Source: Candidatus Limnocylindrales bacterium (lineage in GTDB: Bacteria > Chloroflexota > Limnocylindria > Limnocylindrales > CSP1-4). Taken from it: a stretch of 64,000 bases of DNA. Shown piece after piece: positions 61,226-64,000 of this stretch (positions within the stretch are counted from its first letter, which is position 1; every line of letters starts with the position of its first letter). The DNA is taken from NCBI GenBank assembly GCA_049521175.1, contig JBEKPB010000012.1:3929-67928 (forward strand), read 5' to 3'. The position numbers and the translations under genes were made by a program. The notes beneath the pieces are model-generated. The model was not told the DNA's origin and made no database searches. It saw only the letters and a list, made by a program, of their open reading frames with translations.

Positions 61226-63544
61226 CTAGAAGTGATCCAGGTACTCGATCTGCGGCAGGATGCCGACGATCTGCGCTTCCGGTACCGGTTGCCGGTACAG
61301 GGATGAGTAACGGTCCACCCCGCCATTCGGCTGGGGGATTGGCTCACCGAAGGTGACACGGGCGATCGGGGCGCCTCCCGCGAACCCGTCGGCCAGCCAA
61401 GCCCCATATCGGGCGACCAGGTCCGGCTCGTTGTGCCGGGCCGCGACCAGCTGACACCACGTCGCTGGCGCAGCGGCGAGAGGGTTGCGCTCGGCGAGCT
61501 GCTGGAGGGCGGCTTCGGCCCCGGGGAGTCCTTGCCAGGCGTCGGCGGCTTGCTCGTAGAGGGCCCGGTCGGCGGCCGATAGAGGCGCTAGGGCCGCCTC
61601 CGCTGCGGCTGGCTCCCCCGCGAGCAGCTTCAGTTCGAAAAGCAATGGGGCGCCGCTCCGATTTGGCCCAATGTACTGCCACAACTTGTCGAGGATCGCC
61701 GGCCGGGCGGCGCTCAATTCGGGAGTTGAGCTCCAGAAGGGATCGTTTGCGAGCGTCGGTGCTTGCAGAATAGCCAACGCATAATCGGTGATCGCGGCCG
61801 TGCGATCCCCCAGCTGCCACCGAAGCCAGCCTGCCGCGACGTCCACCGGGACTCGCTGAAGGCCCAGACGTTCTGCTCTCGCGAGGGCCGAATGGGCTCC
61901 CGCGTCGTCGCCCAGCCGCCATCGAACCGCTGCGAGGTCGACCCATGCGATGCAGTAGTCGTCCGCGGCGGCGCTCCGGCCCAGGGCATAGGCTGCCGTG
62001 GCGAGATCTCCGGCGTTCGCGGCCGCGACCCCTACCTCAAACCAGTGGGAGGTCACCGAGGAATCGTTCGCGGCTGCATTTCCAGCCGGGGCGATAGCCT
62101 CTGCCCAGAGTCCGGCGTTCGCTTGTTGCACGCCCTCCTCCGCCTCGACCGCAATCGTTTCGATCCGGAAGAGCCCCGCCCCGACGATGAGGGTGATTGC
62201 TGCCATCGCGATCACGAGCGTGCGAGCCAGCACCCTTCGTGGTGGTCGACGTGCCTCGGATCGGAGGCCAGCTGGTTCTGGAGCAGGCTCAGGCGCCGTC
62301 GCGTCGAGCCACGCCAGCGGTATCGCCAGTGCCAGGAGTAGCGCCGGAACATTCATCAACATGTCTACGAGCTGTTGGCCGGCGAGCACGATGACCCCGA
62401 ACAGCGTGGCGAGGCCGACACGCCGGCGAGTCTCATCGTCCGACCGGATCGCGCCCAAGAGCAGCTTCGCGACCGAGGCGACCACGACAAGGCCGGCAAT
62501 GATCCCGACGACTCCGAACTCCGCGAGCGTCTGCAGGTAGATGTTGTGGGCATGTGGGACGTAGACATCGGTCTCCCAGCCGGCCGCGTACGAAGCGCGG
62601 AGCACCTGCCAGACCCCGGGGCCAATCCCGACGAGGGGTGACGACTCGAACATCCGCAGGCTCGCCGCCGCGAATGATTCGCGGTACGCCGTGCCTTCGA
62701 GGGTAAGCCGGCCGGTGATGGCAGCGAGCAAGCCGGCCGCCACCAGGGCGGCGAGACCGGTTACCACTGCGGCAGCACCCAGGCGCGTGCGGAGGAACGC
62801 AATCGCTTTGCGACTGGTGGCCGGAGCCGTGTAGGCAATTGCCAGCGCACAGATCACGAGCCCCGCGCCCGCCCCGAGCCATGCTCCGCGGGACCCGGTT
62901 ACCAGCGTGGTGACTGCGACAGGAACCAACAGGAGGCTAGACACGACCCACCTGACTCGCCCGCGCAGCCGGATCGTTGCAAGTGAGAATGCGCCCAACA
63001 GAAGGACGAGCGTCGCGATTGGGTTGGGGGAACCGAGGCTCAGGCCCAGGTAGGCCGGGCGCAGCGGCGGGATCGTGAGACGCCCAACAACGCCCCACCA
63101 GAGCTGCCACGATTGGAACACCTGAAGGAGGTACTGGACGCAAACGAGGAGGCAGAGCCCAAGGGCCAAGCGCTCGAAGTGCGCTCGCAGCCGAACCCCG
63201 CGCATGAGAACGACAAGGAGCAGATATAGCTCGGCGAGCAGGATCGCGTATCCCAGCATCTCGGCGCTAAGCCGGGGGACCCTCGACGTGACCGTTGCGA
63301 TGGCGAAGGCCGTTAGAATCGCCGCGATCGCGGGCACCAGCCTGCTGGACGGCAGCCAGTCGCGCCGGAACGCCGCCGCGATCAGCCACGGGATTGTCGC
63401 GACGACTGCCATGCCGTCGTAGACCAAGCGGTAGGGCCACAGCTCTAGCTGGCCGGACCCACCGGCGACCAGCACCGTGAACATCGCCCAGGCCGTCGTC
63501 GCGACGACGAGGAGCGCCGTGCCGAAGCGCTGCGCAAACGTCAT
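61226..63544 (-). CDS. O-antigen ligase (Wzy_C/WaaL-like) membrane protein with a TPR-like C-terminus
   Basis: About 12 TM, TGSRGAW, GIGPG and HAHNIYLQTLAEFG; helical-repeat tail. Confidence 0.85.
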   Translation of the reverse strand: MTFAQRFGTALLVVATTAWAMFTVLVAGGSGQLELWPYRLVYDGMAVVATIPWLIAAAFRRDWLPSSRLVPAIAAILTAFAIATVTSRVPRLSAEMLGYAILLAELYLLLVVLMRGVRLRAHFERLALGLCLLVCVQYLLQVFQSWQLWWGVVGRLTIPPLRPAYLGLSLGSPNPIATLVLLLGAFSLATIRLRGRVRWVVSSLLLVPVAVTTLVTGSRGAWLGAGAGLVICALAIAYTAPATSRKAIAFLRTRLGAAAVVTGLAALVAAGLLAAITGRLTLEGTAYRESFAAASLRMFESSPLVGIGPGVWQVLRASYAAGWETDVYVPHAHNIYLQTLAEFGVVGIIAGLVVVASVAKLLLGAIRSDDETRRRVGLATLFGVIVLAGQQLVDMLMNVPALLLALAIPLAWLDATAPEPAPEPAGLRSEARRPPRRVLARTLVIAMAAITLIVGAGLFRIETIAVEAEEGVQQANAGLWAEAIAPAGNAAANDSSVTSHWFEVGVAAANAGDLATAAYALGRSAAADDYCIAWVDLAAVRWRLGDDAGAHSALARAERLGLQRVPVDVAAGWLRWQLGDRTAAITDYALAILQAPTLANDPFWSSTPELSAARPAILDKLWQYIGPNRSGAPLLFELKLLAGEPAAAEAALAPLSAADRALYEQAADAWQGLPGAEAALQQLAERNPLAAAPATWCQLVAARHNEPDLVARYGAWLADGFAGGAPIARVTFGEPIPQPNGGVDRYSSLYRQPVPEAQIVGILPQIEYLDHF

Positions 63545-63838
63545 GCGGGGACGAAGCGGATGTCAGGAACGCGGTCGAGAATGTCGACGGGCATCGGGGG
63601 GCAGGCGGGGTAGTGAACAACTTCCACTCGCACGGAACCATCGACGAGCTGGAGGCGGCGTTCGAATTCAAGCACGGCCCGAATGCTAGCAGCAGGCCTA
63701 GCGCTCAGCGCCCCCGCCGCTGCCGCATAGCCTCTCCCAGGCATCGCTCGCCTTCTCCGGCTCAGCCGGAATCGGCACGGCCGTCCGGATGAGAGACAAG
63801 ATGCGCCTCGAAGTCTCCGACCCCGCTCGGCCATCCCG

Positions 63839-63998
63839 CTATAGCTTCGAGATAAGCCATCCCAGGGCGGTTCCCGGGCCCGTGGAGGCGCCCGGTTCGA
63901 CGATCAGGGCGACCGTCGTCCGCGTTCCGTCGGGTCCGGTGACGACGGCCGCGACCCACCACGCGGGATCTCGAGGGAGCTTCGCCAGATCGAGCGCA
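63839..63998 (-). CDS. Probable 3' end of a gene starting beyond the window
   Basis: Open frame ...VWVAAVVTGPDGTRTTVALIVEPG...ALGWLISKL*; no family recognised. Confidence 0.4.
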   Translation of the reverse strand, partial: ALDLAKLPRDPAWWVAAVVTGPDGTRTTVALIVEPGASTGPGTALGWLISKL

Positions 63999-64000
63999 TG

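Noticed and set aside
63545-63838. Short ORFs between the ligase gene and the window end
   Set aside because: Conflicting frames with no motif or RBS support.

Overview
A high-GC bacterial chromosomal segment. Gene content and style suggest Chloroflexota, possibly Limnocylindria-like, but this is inference only. I saw no rRNA, tRNA, CRISPR array, transposase or phage genes. In order, the window holds: (1) a NarX/NarL-type two-component pair, then an unusual operon of a ferredoxin-fused GltD/NfnB-like NADP(H) flavoprotein plus two paralogous ~5-TM membrane proteins of unknown function; (2) a convergent pentose-phosphate operon (tkt-rpiB-pgi-gnd-zwf-opcA-pgl); (3) housekeeping genes pyrG, tal/fsa, rho and obgE-nadD-rsfS; (4) a four-subunit 2-oxoacid:ferredoxin oxidoreductase with a trailing orphan gene; (5) adh, a truncated K+-channel-like gene, ogt and copA; (6) a fatty-acid cluster with fabD, two fabF paralogues and two MarR regulators; (7) an accessory stretch (SnoaL/TetR, ABC exporter, hybrid kinase, atypical PCuAC, lipoprotein); (8) an hdrCBA-mvhDGA operon (group 3c-like [NiFe]-hydrogenase plus heterodisulfide reductase) with a maturation protease, a zinc-finger-less mini-HypA and a Cys-rich tandem-ACT protein; (9) an M20 hydrolase, a frameshifted DUF4160/DUF2442 toxin-antitoxin pair, ilvD and an O-antigen-ligase/TPR-like protein. 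The best candidate for an undescribed system is the flavoprotein plus twin-membrane-protein operon (1473-4753). The mini-HypA/ACT module of the Hdr-Mvh operon is next. All family assignments come from motif recognition by eye; no database searches were run.
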